Positions 35,952 through 45,181 are shown, counted from the stretch's first letter. The stretch is DNA of 45,410 nt from an uncultured Oscillospiraceae bacterium (GCA_964634065.1 CAZWID010000001.1:1-45410); one strand, 5' to 3'. The notes: a model not told the origin generated them from the letters alone. Numbers and translations are program-made.

Positions 35952-37032
35952 ATATCTTCTCCAGTGTTTTTGCGACTGAGTTTACGTCAAATCTTTCTTT
36001 TACCTTTTCGGCGGAGCTTATGTCTCTTTCCGGTGCGGAAAGGACTGTTTTTGCCCATGTCTCATCACTTTCCGACAGCGGCAAATAGGTCGTTCTGCCG
36101 TCTGCATTCGTATCCTTCGGTACAACATCCGAGGCGACGCAGACAAGTCCCGATGCCTGTGCCTCAATCATTGCCATTCCGAAGCCTTCGTATCTCGACG
36201 GGAACAGGAAAACATCCATCGCCATATACGCATTTTCAACGTCGCTCATTGCTCCCGTAAACACCGTTTTATCCGAGATACCGAGGCTCTCGGCAAGAGA
36301 ACGGACATTGTCCTCAAGCTCACCGTCTCCCGTAAGCAGGAGTGCCGAGTTCGGTCTCTCCTTGCAAAGCTCGGCAAAGGTGCCGAGGATCTTTTCATGA
36401 TTTTTCGCCGGATTAAAGTGCCCGACGTGACCGACAACGAATTTATCCTCAAGACCGTACTTCTTTCGCATTTTCTCCCGCACTGCGGCATCAAACGCAA
36501 AGCGGTCGCAATCAATCCCGTCCGGCAGAACCGATGCCCTTGCGTCGCTCATTATGCTTTCACCGAAAACATAGCGGCACGCCTTTTCGGAGCAGCCCAA
36601 AAGCACCGTGGCATTGCGGCGTATCATGTGCCGCATCGACGCTTCATAGGCAAGGCGAGGCAACGACCGCTTTTCTCCGGTATGTGCATTGTGTGCATGG
36701 GCAACTCTGAGCTCGACTCCGCACTTTTTTGCGGTTTTCAGCATGAGTCCCGAATAGAAAAACACATGACTGTGCACTCCGTAGATATCGCTCTCAGTTT
36801 TCAGAATATGTTCAAGATTGTTCGTGAGGCTCATACTCGGATCAAAATAAAACAGTCTCGCACCCAAGCTTTTTGCCTCATCGTCCATGAGCGAAGGCTT
36901 GCCGGAGGTGAGTGCAAAATCAAATTGATATCGGTCTCTGTCAATACGGCGGTATATGTTCATCACGAAATTCGCAACGCCGCCGGAGTCGAGAGACGCC
37001 AATATGTGAAGTATTCTTTTCGGCTTATCCAT
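35944..37032 (-). CDS. glycosyltransferase family 4
   Basis: Start moved to ATG 37032 (SD AAAGGAGAAG), giving 362 aa. N-terminus ILHILASLDSGGVANFV and GT4 motif PSRYEGFGMAMIEAQASGLVCVASD. Confidence 0.85.
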   Translation of the reverse strand: MDKPKRILHILASLDSGGVANFVMNIYRRIDRDRYQFDFALTSGKPSLMDDEAKSLGARLFYFDPSMSLTNNLEHILKTESDIYGVHSHVFFYSGLMLKTAKKCGVELRVAHAHNAHTGEKRSLPRLAYEASMRHMIRRNATVLLGCSEKACRYVFGESIMSDARASVLPDGIDCDRFAFDAAVREKMRKKYGLEDKFVVGHVGHFNPAKNHEKILGTFAELCKERPNSALLLTGDGELEDNVRSLAESLGISDKTVFTGAMSDVENAYMAMDVFLFPSRYEGFGMAMIEAQASGLVCVASDVVPKDTNADGRTTYLPLSESDETWAKTVLSAPERDISSAEKVKERFDVNSVAKTLEKIYA

Positions 37033-38218
37033 ACTTCTCCTTTGCCGCTTCCGCAAATTCCGAGTAGAATTTGCGGCGTTTTTTTGCCAAAAGCTCTCGG
37101 TCGAAGTCGCCCGCACGTTTGAAATTCTCACGTGCGGCTGCGCTCATTTGTTCCTTCGTTACACTCCCGAGAAGCCGTGCGATCTCCGTCGTATTCTTTT
37201 TTCCGAACACGGCGGTGTCATTCAAAAGCTCGGGCATACCGCCCGTTTTAGACGCAAAGCACGGAAGTCCCCTGCTCATCGCCTCAATCAAGGCTCTCGG
37301 CATACCTTCCGTAAGACTCGGCTGTATGTAAACGTCGAGGTCATCGAGCCAGTCGAACATTTTATCATGCGGAATACTGCCCTCGAACACGACCTGATCC
37401 GCAACGCCGAGACGCTCTGCCAGCTCTTTCAGTGCCGTATTGTCGCCGCCTCCGGCAAGGCGGTACTCGAAATCCGTCCTGCCCTCGGCTTTGAGCCTTG
37501 CCAACGCCTCTATCACGAAGCGTTGACCTTTGAACGCAACGTTCACCGCCGCGGCGGTGCCGATGCGGAGCTTGCCCTCGTGCGTCTCGATTTTTTCAAG
37601 CCGTTTTTCGAGAACCTCCTGTGACACCGGTTGAAGCTGCACGTCGGATATTGCCGCCTGCTTACCGTCCGTCGGATAGCGTCGCTGAAGAAATTCTTCC
37701 GTAACGTACACGGCATAGTCCGCGTGCTTCATGCTGCGTCTCATACTGTGCCATGCAAACGGTGCCATCACCTTGCCGTATATACTGTGATTCCACAGGC
37801 TGTCCCACGGGCAGCCGACCGCCTCCGCAAGCACCGGTTTGCCAAGCTTATTGCAGTATTTTATCGCTATCGTGCCGCTTCCCGAACCGAGTCTTGCTAT
37901 TACCGCTCTGTCCGGTGTTATATTATCCGTAACGGTTTTTTTCAGCTCTATGCGTTTTTTCAGACTCAAAAAGCTGCGTATGCTTGCCTTTGTATCGGGC
38001 AGGAAAATCACGGTAATCCGAGGGTCCGTTATCTTATTCATGCGACCGAGTGCCTCGGTATCGTCCGGAGATATGGGAGAATGACGCATGATTAGGGTGA
38101 TGCCGTCAAACAGCTCAAGGTATCTGTCAAACACACTTTGGGAGAAAGCGGAGCCGACGTAGTAGTTTCCGTCCCTATCCTGTGCGACCTTGTCTTCATA
38201 TACAAACAGCAGCTCCAT
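37025..38218 (-). CDS. glycosyltransferase family 4
   Basis: 397 aa. C-terminal motif PSLTEGMPRALIEAMSRGLPCFAS. Confidence 0.8.
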   Translation of the reverse strand: MELLFVYEDKVAQDRDGNYYVGSAFSQSVFDRYLELFDGITLIMRHSPISPDDTEALGRMNKITDPRITVIFLPDTKASIRSFLSLKKRIELKKTVTDNITPDRAVIARLGSGSGTIAIKYCNKLGKPVLAEAVGCPWDSLWNHSIYGKVMAPFAWHSMRRSMKHADYAVYVTEEFLQRRYPTDGKQAAISDVQLQPVSQEVLEKRLEKIETHEGKLRIGTAAAVNVAFKGQRFVIEALARLKAEGRTDFEYRLAGGGDNTALKELAERLGVADQVVFEGSIPHDKMFDWLDDLDVYIQPSLTEGMPRALIEAMSRGLPCFASKTGGMPELLNDTAVFGKKNTTEIARLLGSVTKEQMSAAARENFKRAGDFDRELLAKKRRKFYSEFAEAAKEKYG

Positions 38219-38226
38219 GGCTCACC

Positions 38227-39315
38227 TCATTTTCCGAAATATATAGCTTCAAGTCTGTCTATCACATTGTCGATTGCAAATTTTTGCAGTCCGTTCAGGT
38301 TCTCCGCGCTGCGGTCAAGCTCACTATTCATCGCACTTGCGATGAGCTTTGTCAGCTTAGCGACATCGTTCGGTGCGAAAAGGCACTCCTTTGTTACAAG
38401 ATCTCTCGAGCCTCGGATATCCGAGCAAATGACCTTCTGTGATGCGGCTATTGCCTCCATCACAGATACGGGCAAGCCCTCCCTGTAGGACGGGTGCACG
38501 AAAAGGTCGAAGGTCTTATAAAGCTCCGCAACGTCGCTTCTGTAGCCCAAAAGCAGCAGCTTGACATTAAGCTCCTTTGCCCTTTCTTCCAGTGCGTTTT
38601 CAAGCTCTCCCTTGCCCGCTATTGCATAGCAGACATTGCCTCGGTCAAGCTTCGCTATGGCTTCGATGACCGCCCTGTGATTCTTATTCTCGTTCAGCTC
38701 ACCGACGGAGAGTATCGCAAAGCTGTCCTTCGGTACGCCTATCTCCGCTCTTTTGACGGCTTTGTCGACGCAAACGGAGGCAAACCTGTCTATATCTATC
38801 CCGACTCCGGGTACATACTCCACCCTTTTTGCCGGCATTTTCTTTTGTGCCAGTGCGTAATCCTCACTGTTTATCGTTATCAGCACATCGGTAAACCGTG
38901 CGCAAAAGCGTTCTATCGGGTAAAAGATAAGCCAATTCTTTTTCGGCGCACCCTTAAAAAAGTGGAAGCCGTGTGCCGTGTATATCACGCGAAGTCCTTT
39001 TTTTCTCGCCTTGCGGCAGGCAAGTCTCGCGCACATTGCGGCAACCGGAGTATGGCAGTGCACTATATCATAGCCGCCGCTTTCGACTATGCGTTTTAAA
39101 TGCTTTATCGCTTTGAAGTTGCCGACATTCAAAGGAGAGCGTGAGAAATCCACCTGTATAACCCGACAGCCGAGCTCATGGAAGCACTCCGGCACCGCCC
39201 ATTCCCTGTCGTTGCAGGCAATGTCAACCTCATGTCCTTCGGCTTTGAGCTTATTTATAAAATCCTTGAAGAATCCCATGGTCGCACCGACCGTCGTCAC
39301 GTATAGAATCTTCAT
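38227..39315 (-). CDS. glycosyltransferase family 4
   Basis: 362 aa. MKILYVTTVGATMGFF N-terminus and motif PSYREGLPVSVMEAIAASQKVICSD. Confidence 0.85.
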   Translation of the reverse strand: MKILYVTTVGATMGFFKDFINKLKAEGHEVDIACNDREWAVPECFHELGCRVIQVDFSRSPLNVGNFKAIKHLKRIVESGGYDIVHCHTPVAAMCARLACRKARKKGLRVIYTAHGFHFFKGAPKKNWLIFYPIERFCARFTDVLITINSEDYALAQKKMPAKRVEYVPGVGIDIDRFASVCVDKAVKRAEIGVPKDSFAILSVGELNENKNHRAVIEAIAKLDRGNVCYAIAGKGELENALEERAKELNVKLLLLGYRSDVAELYKTFDLFVHPSYREGLPVSVMEAIAASQKVICSDIRGSRDLVTKECLFAPNDVAKLTKLIASAMNSELDRSAENLNGLQKFAIDNVIDRLEAIYFGK

Positions 39316-39701
39316 TTTATCTCCACCAACTCTATAAGTCCGACTCTCGCATTATACATAAACGCAACCGTGGCACCGCCTATCGCGGGTGCCGGCTCCG
39401 GCTCCTTTACCGTCACAAAGCCCTTTGTCTTCAGCTCATCCGTTGCGGCGTTTATGTCCTGCACCTCATAGCAGATATGGTACGGCGTCGGTCCCGTGCT
39501 TTTGAGTATCCCGTCTACCGGTGTATCATCACCGTCGGGTGCGACAAGCTCCACACGCTCCGCACCGTTTTCGAGAAACATTATTCTTATGCGCCGACTC
39601 TCGTCCTTTGTTATCTCGCCCATTGTATATCCGAGCGTGGCAAAGACCTCGGCTGCCTTTTCCAAACGCTTTACCGCGTATCCGATATGATGTACCTTCA
39701 C
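39312..39701 (-). CDS. VOC/glyoxalase-fold protein (methylmalonyl-CoA epimerase-like)
   Basis: 129 aa. MKVHHIGYAVKRLEKA, VELVAP, HICYEV and the GLIELVE tail fit the H/E/H/E metal-ligand layout of the VOC family. Confidence 0.75.
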   Translation of the reverse strand: MKVHHIGYAVKRLEKAAEVFATLGYTMGEITKDESRRIRIMFLENGAERVELVAPDGDDTPVDGILKSTGPTPYHICYEVQDINAATDELKTKGFVTVKEPEPAPAIGGATVAFMYNARVGLIELVEIK

Positions 39702-41344
39702 AGCTCCGTTATCGCTCCTATCAGCGGAGTCTTAACATCATTTATCTCCGCTTCGTATTCTTTCACGCCGTCGTGCTCGGAAGCAAGGCTAAAGCCCATG
39801 GAATCCCACAGTCTTTCAACGGGCTTGTTCTTAGCCGTCGGAACGTAGCTTGCCTTTATCCTGCGAACGCCGTATTTCGCTTCGGCAGACGCCACGGCGT
39901 GTATTATCGCGTTTTCAATCTGTCTGCCCATTACGCGGCAGGACATGAGCATATTCTCTATATGCAGCGTATCACCGTCACGCCTTGTAACCATTACGGC
40001 GACAAGTCCGCTATCACCGTATCTGTCTGAAACGTTGGCGACGAATATTTCGTTGTTATCACCGTCAAGATACCTCAAGAACTCCGGCATATCCATACGC
40101 AGCGTATTGGTGTTGAACTGATTGGTCTTGTTTATGAGCTGAACGGTGCGTTCATAGCATTCGGGAGTTGCCTTATGAACCGTCGTTTTTATATCCAACG
40201 ACAGCAAATAATCGTCCAACGATGCGGCATTCTCCATTGCCTTATGCCGCTGTGCCTCCAGACGGTACTGCTCGGTTTTTTTGCTGTCCTCCGCCGTCTT
40301 TTCCGCTATGTAAAAATATTTATCGTATATCCTCTTTATCGTATCCGGAAGTTTCGCAATGTCTTTCGGAAAGTCCGGCACCGCGACCTCGGGGAGATTG
40401 GCGCGCACCGCTTCCCTTTCGACTTCGTTGTCATCCAAAAAGACGAAGGAATCGAGACCGAGATTGAGCTCTCCCGCCATTGCCGCTATATTCCGAAACT
40501 TCGGCTCCCAGTTTATCTTCATCGACACAAAGTCGTCCTCTTGCAGCACCATATGCGGATTGTCACGAAAAACAGCCAAAGCGTCCTCGGGATTGTTTTT
40601 CGACGCTATCGCAAGCAAAACTCCCGTCTGCCCAATCTCCTTTATCCGCTTCTGGGCATCCCTGTATGCGGCACCGATCAGCGACTCCGACAGGGTAACT
40701 CCGTTTGCTCCGTCCTCTCCTGCGACGCCGCCCCACAGCGTATTGTCGAGATCGAGCACAAGCACCTTTTTGCGTATCGGTGCGACGTGCTCCGTAAGCT
40801 CGTTTATTGCGGCGGCAAGAGGCTTCAGGCTCTTTATCCCGTAGGGAATCGAGCCCGTGTACCAAAGTTTTTCGGAATAAAAGCTTTTCCTGCCCTCTGC
40901 GGCTATTATGCTCTTGAGATCAAATACCGTAATATGCTCCGACTTTGCGATATCGCTCAGCCGTTTTGCCCATTCCGCTTCCCACATAAGCTCAATATTT
41001 TCGTCCGATGACGGTCTGATACGGTTCGGGCATACGTCGATATTCGACACGGCAACGGTGCTGTACGGGTAATTCTCCTTAAGCTTCGATATATACGCAA
41101 AGCAGCGGTTGATCTCCGCAACACCGTCCGAAAACGTATCGCAGGTCTCGAGCAGGGCATTTCCGTCAAGCAAAAGCAAAATGAGCTTGGGCGAAAACGC
41201 CGTCAGTCCCTCATTGCGGCTTAGAGCATAGCTTACCCACTGCCCGTAGCCTTCTGTTTTAAATACCTCATGGCTCCGCGCAACCTCGTCGCACAGCATA
41301 TCGAGATTAACATTTGACAGTATTGCTATCTTCAAGGCTCTCAC
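39698..41344 (-). CDS. FkbH-like HAD-IIIC family protein (ACP-loading phosphatase/transferase type)
   Basis: 548 aa. HAD motif I VLVLDLDNTLWGG, FkbH-type core, C-terminal acyltransferase-like region. GTG start with a poor SD, so the exact start is uncertain. Confidence 0.75.
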   Translation of the reverse strand: MRALKIAILSNVNLDMLCDEVARSHEVFKTEGYGQWVSYALSRNEGLTAFSPKLILLLLDGNALLETCDTFSDGVAEINRCFAYISKLKENYPYSTVAVSNIDVCPNRIRPSSDENIELMWEAEWAKRLSDIAKSEHITVFDLKSIIAAEGRKSFYSEKLWYTGSIPYGIKSLKPLAAAINELTEHVAPIRKKVLVLDLDNTLWGGVAGEDGANGVTLSESLIGAAYRDAQKRIKEIGQTGVLLAIASKNNPEDALAVFRDNPHMVLQEDDFVSMKINWEPKFRNIAAMAGELNLGLDSFVFLDDNEVEREAVRANLPEVAVPDFPKDIAKLPDTIKRIYDKYFYIAEKTAEDSKKTEQYRLEAQRHKAMENAASLDDYLLSLDIKTTVHKATPECYERTVQLINKTNQFNTNTLRMDMPEFLRYLDGDNNEIFVANVSDRYGDSGLVAVMVTRRDGDTLHIENMLMSCRVMGRQIENAIIHAVASAEAKYGVRRIKASYVPTAKNKPVERLWDSMGFSLASEHDGVKEYEAEINDVKTPLIGAITEL

Positions 41345-41356
41345 CCCGTATTGATC

Positions 41357-41572
41357 TTATTGCTCCAAATATGCGTAAAAGTCCTTCAGCGTATTCAGCG
41401 AGGACAGACTGTCGCTTGGGATATCGACGTCAAATTCGTCACAAATTTCGACCATGAGGCGAAGATGCATCAGCGAATCCCAATCGCCGTTTTTATAGCT
41501 TGAATCCATCGAGAGCTCGGATACATCCTTATCGAGTACCTCGGAAACAAAGTCGAGAAATCTCTTTTCCAT
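41357..41572 (-). CDS. acyl carrier protein
   Basis: 71 aa and acidic. Phosphopantetheine Ser motif GDWDSLMHLRL. Confidence 0.8.
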   Translation of the reverse strand: MEKRFLDFVSEVLDKDVSELSMDSSYKNGDWDSLMHLRLMVEICDEFDVDIPSDSLSSLNTLKDFYAYLEQ

Positions 41573-41587
41573 ATCGCTATCTCCCTA

Positions 41588-42217
41588 TCAAATCTTTTTT
41601 GCCGGATTGCCGAACACATGGCGACCGTCCCGCACATTGCTTACCACAAAGCTTCCCGCTCCGACGGTAACATCATTTCCTATCTTGATCCCCGGTACGG
41701 TACTGACGGAATTATTCAGAAGCGTTCTTTCACCTATGCTCACGTGACCGTTTACGGAGCAGTTGCCGAACACCGTGGTGTAATCACCGATAGAGGCATC
41801 GTGTCCGATAAAGCACTGCGACAGCACGGTAACGTAATCTCCCACCGTGACATTGACGGTCAGTCTCGTATCGGGATATATGATGCAGCCCTTGCCTATT
41901 TTGCAATAGTCCCCTATATGAGCATCGGGATGAATAAGCGAAACAATGTTCGCTCCCCTGCACTTCAGACTGTCCGTCACCTTTTTCTTAACCGCGGGAA
42001 AACCGAGTGCGATGACAAATTCTTCGTTTTCGGAGGGCTGCCAGTCCTTAATGCTTCCTATCACGCCGAAGTCACAGTCGTAGCCCGAAAGAGCATCGGG
42101 ATTATCGTCGATAAAGCCCTTTATGCTCCATCTCGGCTCTATTGCGTTTATTTCCTTTGCCCAACAAAGCAGCTCTCTGCCGAAGCCTCCGGCACCGACT
42201 ATTATAAGCTCCTTCAT
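41588..42217 (-). CDS. NeuD/PglD/VioB-family sugar acyltransferase (left-handed beta-helix)
   Basis: Start moved to ATG 42217 (SD GGAGGTG just upstream), giving 209 aa. KELIIVGAGGFGRELL N-domain followed by hexapeptide repeats. Confidence 0.8.
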   Translation of the reverse strand: MKELIIVGAGGFGRELLCWAKEINAIEPRWSIKGFIDDNPDALSGYDCDFGVIGSIKDWQPSENEEFVIALGFPAVKKKVTDSLKCRGANIVSLIHPDAHIGDYCKIGKGCIIYPDTRLTVNVTVGDYVTVLSQCFIGHDASIGDYTTVFGNCSVNGHVSIGERTLLNNSVSTVPGIKIGNDVTVGAGSFVVSNVRDGRHVFGNPAKKI

Positions 42218-42258
42218 GACTTCACCTCCGTTTTTGCTCATAATTTGTTTATCAAAGT

Positions 42259-42287
42259 ATTATAACATTTAAAGGCAGTAAAGTCAA
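42259..42287 (-). promoter_or_regulatory. near-consensus sigma-A promoter at the head of the polysaccharide locus
   Basis: The minus strand reads TTGACT (42287..42282), a 17-nt spacer, then TATAAT (42264..42259), about 40 nt upstream of ATG 42217. Confidence 0.65.
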
Positions 42288-42310
42288 ATACAGCGCAGCA
42301 TATTCTTTGT

Positions 42311-42337
42311 AAAACAAAAAACACCCGTATGGGCGTT
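42311..42337 (-). terminator. rho-independent terminator after the hypothetical membrane protein
   Basis: The minus strand reads AACGCCC-atac-GGGTGTT (7-bp stem with one G-U pair, 42320..42337) followed by TTTTGTTTT. Lies 9 nt after the stop. Confidence 0.6.
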
Positions 42338-42345
42338 TTTTTGTT

Positions 42346-42933
42346 CTATCTTCCGTTCATCTTGCGGCTTATTTCTTTTGCACTTATTACAAGGTCACCG
42401 AAGGCGGCAAGTGTCAAGCCGGAAAGGTATGAGCCGACGGTGCCGCCGAGGAATATCCAAAAGCTCTCAAGCGCAAAGGCAAGAATTATCGATACTATTG
42501 TTCCGAGAACAAACAAAACATTTGCTATGCTCATCAAAGTATTTCCCGGATTTTTGTAGAAACCGAAGCCATTATCGGACGATGTTTGCCCATAGCTCGG
42601 TCTTGAGGTGTATCTGACACTGTTTGCGTTGTTCGTATTTACTTTGGGTGTGTCGGTCTTGACCTGCTCTTTCGGCGGCGGCAGTACCGGAGCATCATTT
42701 TTCAGTGCCGGACATTCGGACACGGGGCGAAGTCTTTGCGCTGCCGTCGCAGCGGTATAGCTGCTGCTCGTTGCGAAATATCTCCCGCTTACCCAGACAA
42801 TTTCTCCTGCGTTTTGAAGCTTTTCAAATTCCTCCGCACTAATAATCTTATACCAACCGCCGCAGCCGTCATTGTGCGGAAACTTGTCCAAAAACTCTCT
42901 GCTAACGGAAAATACCTTTGCGCCGTCGCTCAC
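42346..42933 (-). CDS. hypothetical protein with a C-terminal double-TM anchor
   Basis: The ORF track starts at a TTG (43002). I prefer GTG 42933, which is preceded by AGGGAGGAA at 8 nt. This gives 195 aa: a soluble N-domain of about 60 aa (GCGGWYKIISAEEFEKL), a Pro/Thr/Asn-rich linker, and two TM helices (IANVLFVLGTIVSIILAFAL, IFLGGTVGSYLSGLTLAAFG). Confidence 0.6.
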   Translation of the reverse strand: MSDGAKVFSVSREFLDKFPHNDGCGGWYKIISAEEFEKLQNAGEIVWVSGRYFATSSSYTAATAAQRLRPVSECPALKNDAPVLPPPKEQVKTDTPKVNTNNANSVRYTSRPSYGQTSSDNGFGFYKNPGNTLMSIANVLFVLGTIVSIILAFALESFWIFLGGTVGSYLSGLTLAAFGDLVISAKEISRKMNGR

Positions 42934-43065
42934 AGTTATTTCCTCCCTGTTATTTTGTGGTTTGTCTGTACAAATGCTGCCATTCGTCCGATTTTTTGTC
43001 AATTGATTGCACTTGATAAGATGTTAGAGCGTGACTGAGACCAACTATCGATTTTCAATCATATA

Positions 43066-44121
43066 TCAACGCCAAAACGAGTCTGTTATACTCTCGTAGT
43101 GTCTATCTTTTAATACCTCCGGAACAGAGTCTACGGATGGAAACTCATTGGCAATTTGCTCACACAAACAAAAGATAAGCTTTTCACCTATTAAATCTGC
43201 ATATTTCCCCCTTAAAGCTCTCTCGTACCAAACAACCAAGTCATTTTCCGTTACGATGCTTTGTATGTGACTGCGCCATCCTATTTGTGTGAGTAATGAC
43301 AAAATTATATCCCTTTCGGCATCTTTACACACAATTATAACTCGGTCGCTCGAAACGCTATTGACAATATTCTCTGCCAGTTCTATATCTAAGCTTAGAT
43401 GCTTAATTTGAATAGCTGGTCCCCAATTCGAGTACATATCCAACCCTCTATCCGCTGCATTTGTAATGCCGACACGATAAACCTTTGCGTTCTGACAAAA
43501 TTTCGGATTGGAGTAATCAATGCACATAACAGACCTTGCAAAATCTTCAAACTCAGACAATATCTCGTAATTCTCTTTATCTATTGATATTTCAACCCGC
43601 ATTTTTAACGATTCCACCAAGGTCGAAAAAAGAGAATATACGACAATTTCATAAACTTTATCAAGACTTCTTCTCAGTCCCGGCTCGTTCCAAAATGAGT
43701 CAATAAATTTTTGAATATCAAAATCATCTTTTGTTGCTTTCAAACAATAATCCAATGCGTCTGCCAATTGGGTATGTTTGGTGATGAAGCGTCTGTAAAT
43801 GTATGCTTCTACCGCTCCATTTGTTCGTCTGTTTTCATCGCCCAACACGTTGAGCAACGTTGGCGGAATTGCTGTTTCGTTAAAAAGATCGTCTTGGAAC
43901 TTTGCGCTACTTGTGCATACGCGTCCAAGCAGAGCTCTGCTGATATCATCTCTCCAATGCTTGCTTTTCGTACGATAGTCTTCAAGATTGAGCAAATCAA
44001 TATCTCTAACAACTCTATCGTGATGTAAGATTTCCGCAATTTGGATAGGCTTATAAAGATGCACTCTTGATTTGCGAATGACCGCATCTAAAGCGTTCTT
44101 TGCTTCCTCTCTGTTCGACAT
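43066..44121 (-). CDS. type II restriction endonuclease candidate (partner of the m5C methyltransferase)
   Basis: 351 aa from ATG 44121 (SD GGAGGT 8 nt upstream). It overlaps the methyltransferase 3' end by 71 nt. Possible nuclease element AADRGLDMYSNWGPAIQIKH. Low GC. Family not assignable by eye. Confidence 0.6.
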   Translation of the reverse strand: MSNREEAKNALDAVIRKSRVHLYKPIQIAEILHHDRVVRDIDLLNLEDYRTKSKHWRDDISRALLGRVCTSSAKFQDDLFNETAIPPTLLNVLGDENRRTNGAVEAYIYRRFITKHTQLADALDYCLKATKDDFDIQKFIDSFWNEPGLRRSLDKVYEIVVYSLFSTLVESLKMRVEISIDKENYEILSEFEDFARSVMCIDYSNPKFCQNAKVYRVGITNAADRGLDMYSNWGPAIQIKHLSLDIELAENIVNSVSSDRVIIVCKDAERDIILSLLTQIGWRSHIQSIVTENDLVVWYERALRGKYADLIGEKLIFCLCEQIANEFPSVDSVPEVLKDRHYESITDSFWR

Positions 44122-45073
44122 CAGCAATACCTCCGTTTATCTTTTTTGTCGCTTCAAGTCTTTTGAGGGCAATCATCATTTGACGAGCTACTGCTTCAAT
44201 TACCGGAACCGCAACCGAATTACCGCACTGCTTTTTCACTTTGCTGTATGGTACAACGATCTTATATGTATCCGGAAATCCCTGTATTCTAAGCATTTCT
44301 CTTTCTGTTGGTCTTCGTTCGTCATTGATTAGAATGTAATTTGCCGATGCGCCCGCTCTAAGTGCCGATGAATAGGGATGTGGCGTAACTGAACCCGCAA
44401 CATTTTCATGAGAAATGTAGGGTCTGGGATAGTTTTTATCTTTCAATCGTTCAACACGTGATTCTCGAATGGTATCACGAACGTAATACTTTTTATCAAC
44501 ATTCTTTTCGAGTATACTTGATAGCGGCTTTCTCTCGGATAGTGGATCCGGAAAAGTAAAATCAACATCATCTAAAAAGCCAACAATAATAATTCGTTCC
44601 CTTTTTTGCGGAAGTCCAAAATCCAATGCATTTAAGACTTTCGCATAAACATGATAACCCAAGTCTTCGAGATGCTTTTTTATAATTCTGAATGTTTCGC
44701 CGCCATTATGAGCAGTAAGATTTTTAACATTTTCAAGCATAAATGCAGATGGTCTTTTTTCTCTTAATATTCGCTCAATATCAAAAAACAAGGTACCGCT
44801 TGTTTCATTCGCAAAGCCTTCTTTTTTCCCGATAATCGAAAATGCTTGGCATGGAAATCCTGCCAGTAGCACATCAAAATCCGGAATATCTTTTGCATCA
44901 ATTTGAGTGATGTCTCCGCACGGATAATCTCCAAAATTTGCCTCGTATGTTTTACAGGCATCAGCATCGATTTCCGATGAGAAAACGCACTGCCCACCGA
45001 CAGATTCAAATCCTAATCTAATACCGCCTATACCCGCAAACAAATCAATGAAACTGAAACTATTCCAGTCCAT
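44051..45073 (-). CDS. DNA (cytosine-5)-methyltransferase
   Basis: 340 aa from ATG 45073 (SD AAAGGAG). Motif I FIDLFAGIGGIRLGFE, motif IV GFPCQAFS, motif VI ENVKNL, motif VIII QKRERIIIVGF, motif X QCGNSVAVPV. HhaI-like motif order. Confidence 0.92.
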   Translation of the reverse strand: MDWNSFSFIDLFAGIGGIRLGFESVGGQCVFSSEIDADACKTYEANFGDYPCGDITQIDAKDIPDFDVLLAGFPCQAFSIIGKKEGFANETSGTLFFDIERILREKRPSAFMLENVKNLTAHNGGETFRIIKKHLEDLGYHVYAKVLNALDFGLPQKRERIIIVGFLDDVDFTFPDPLSERKPLSSILEKNVDKKYYVRDTIRESRVERLKDKNYPRPYISHENVAGSVTPHPYSSALRAGASANYILINDERRPTEREMLRIQGFPDTYKIVVPYSKVKKQCGNSVAVPVIEAVARQMMIALKRLEATKKINGGIADVEQRGSKERFRCGHSQIKSASL

Positions 45074-45181
45074 TTTTGCTCCTTTCAGTAGCAATATTTT
45101 TCTTAAAAAAGAATATCACTTTTAACAACACATTTCAAGCTCTGTTGCTATCATTATACTGTATCCGTTGCCAAAGTTAAA

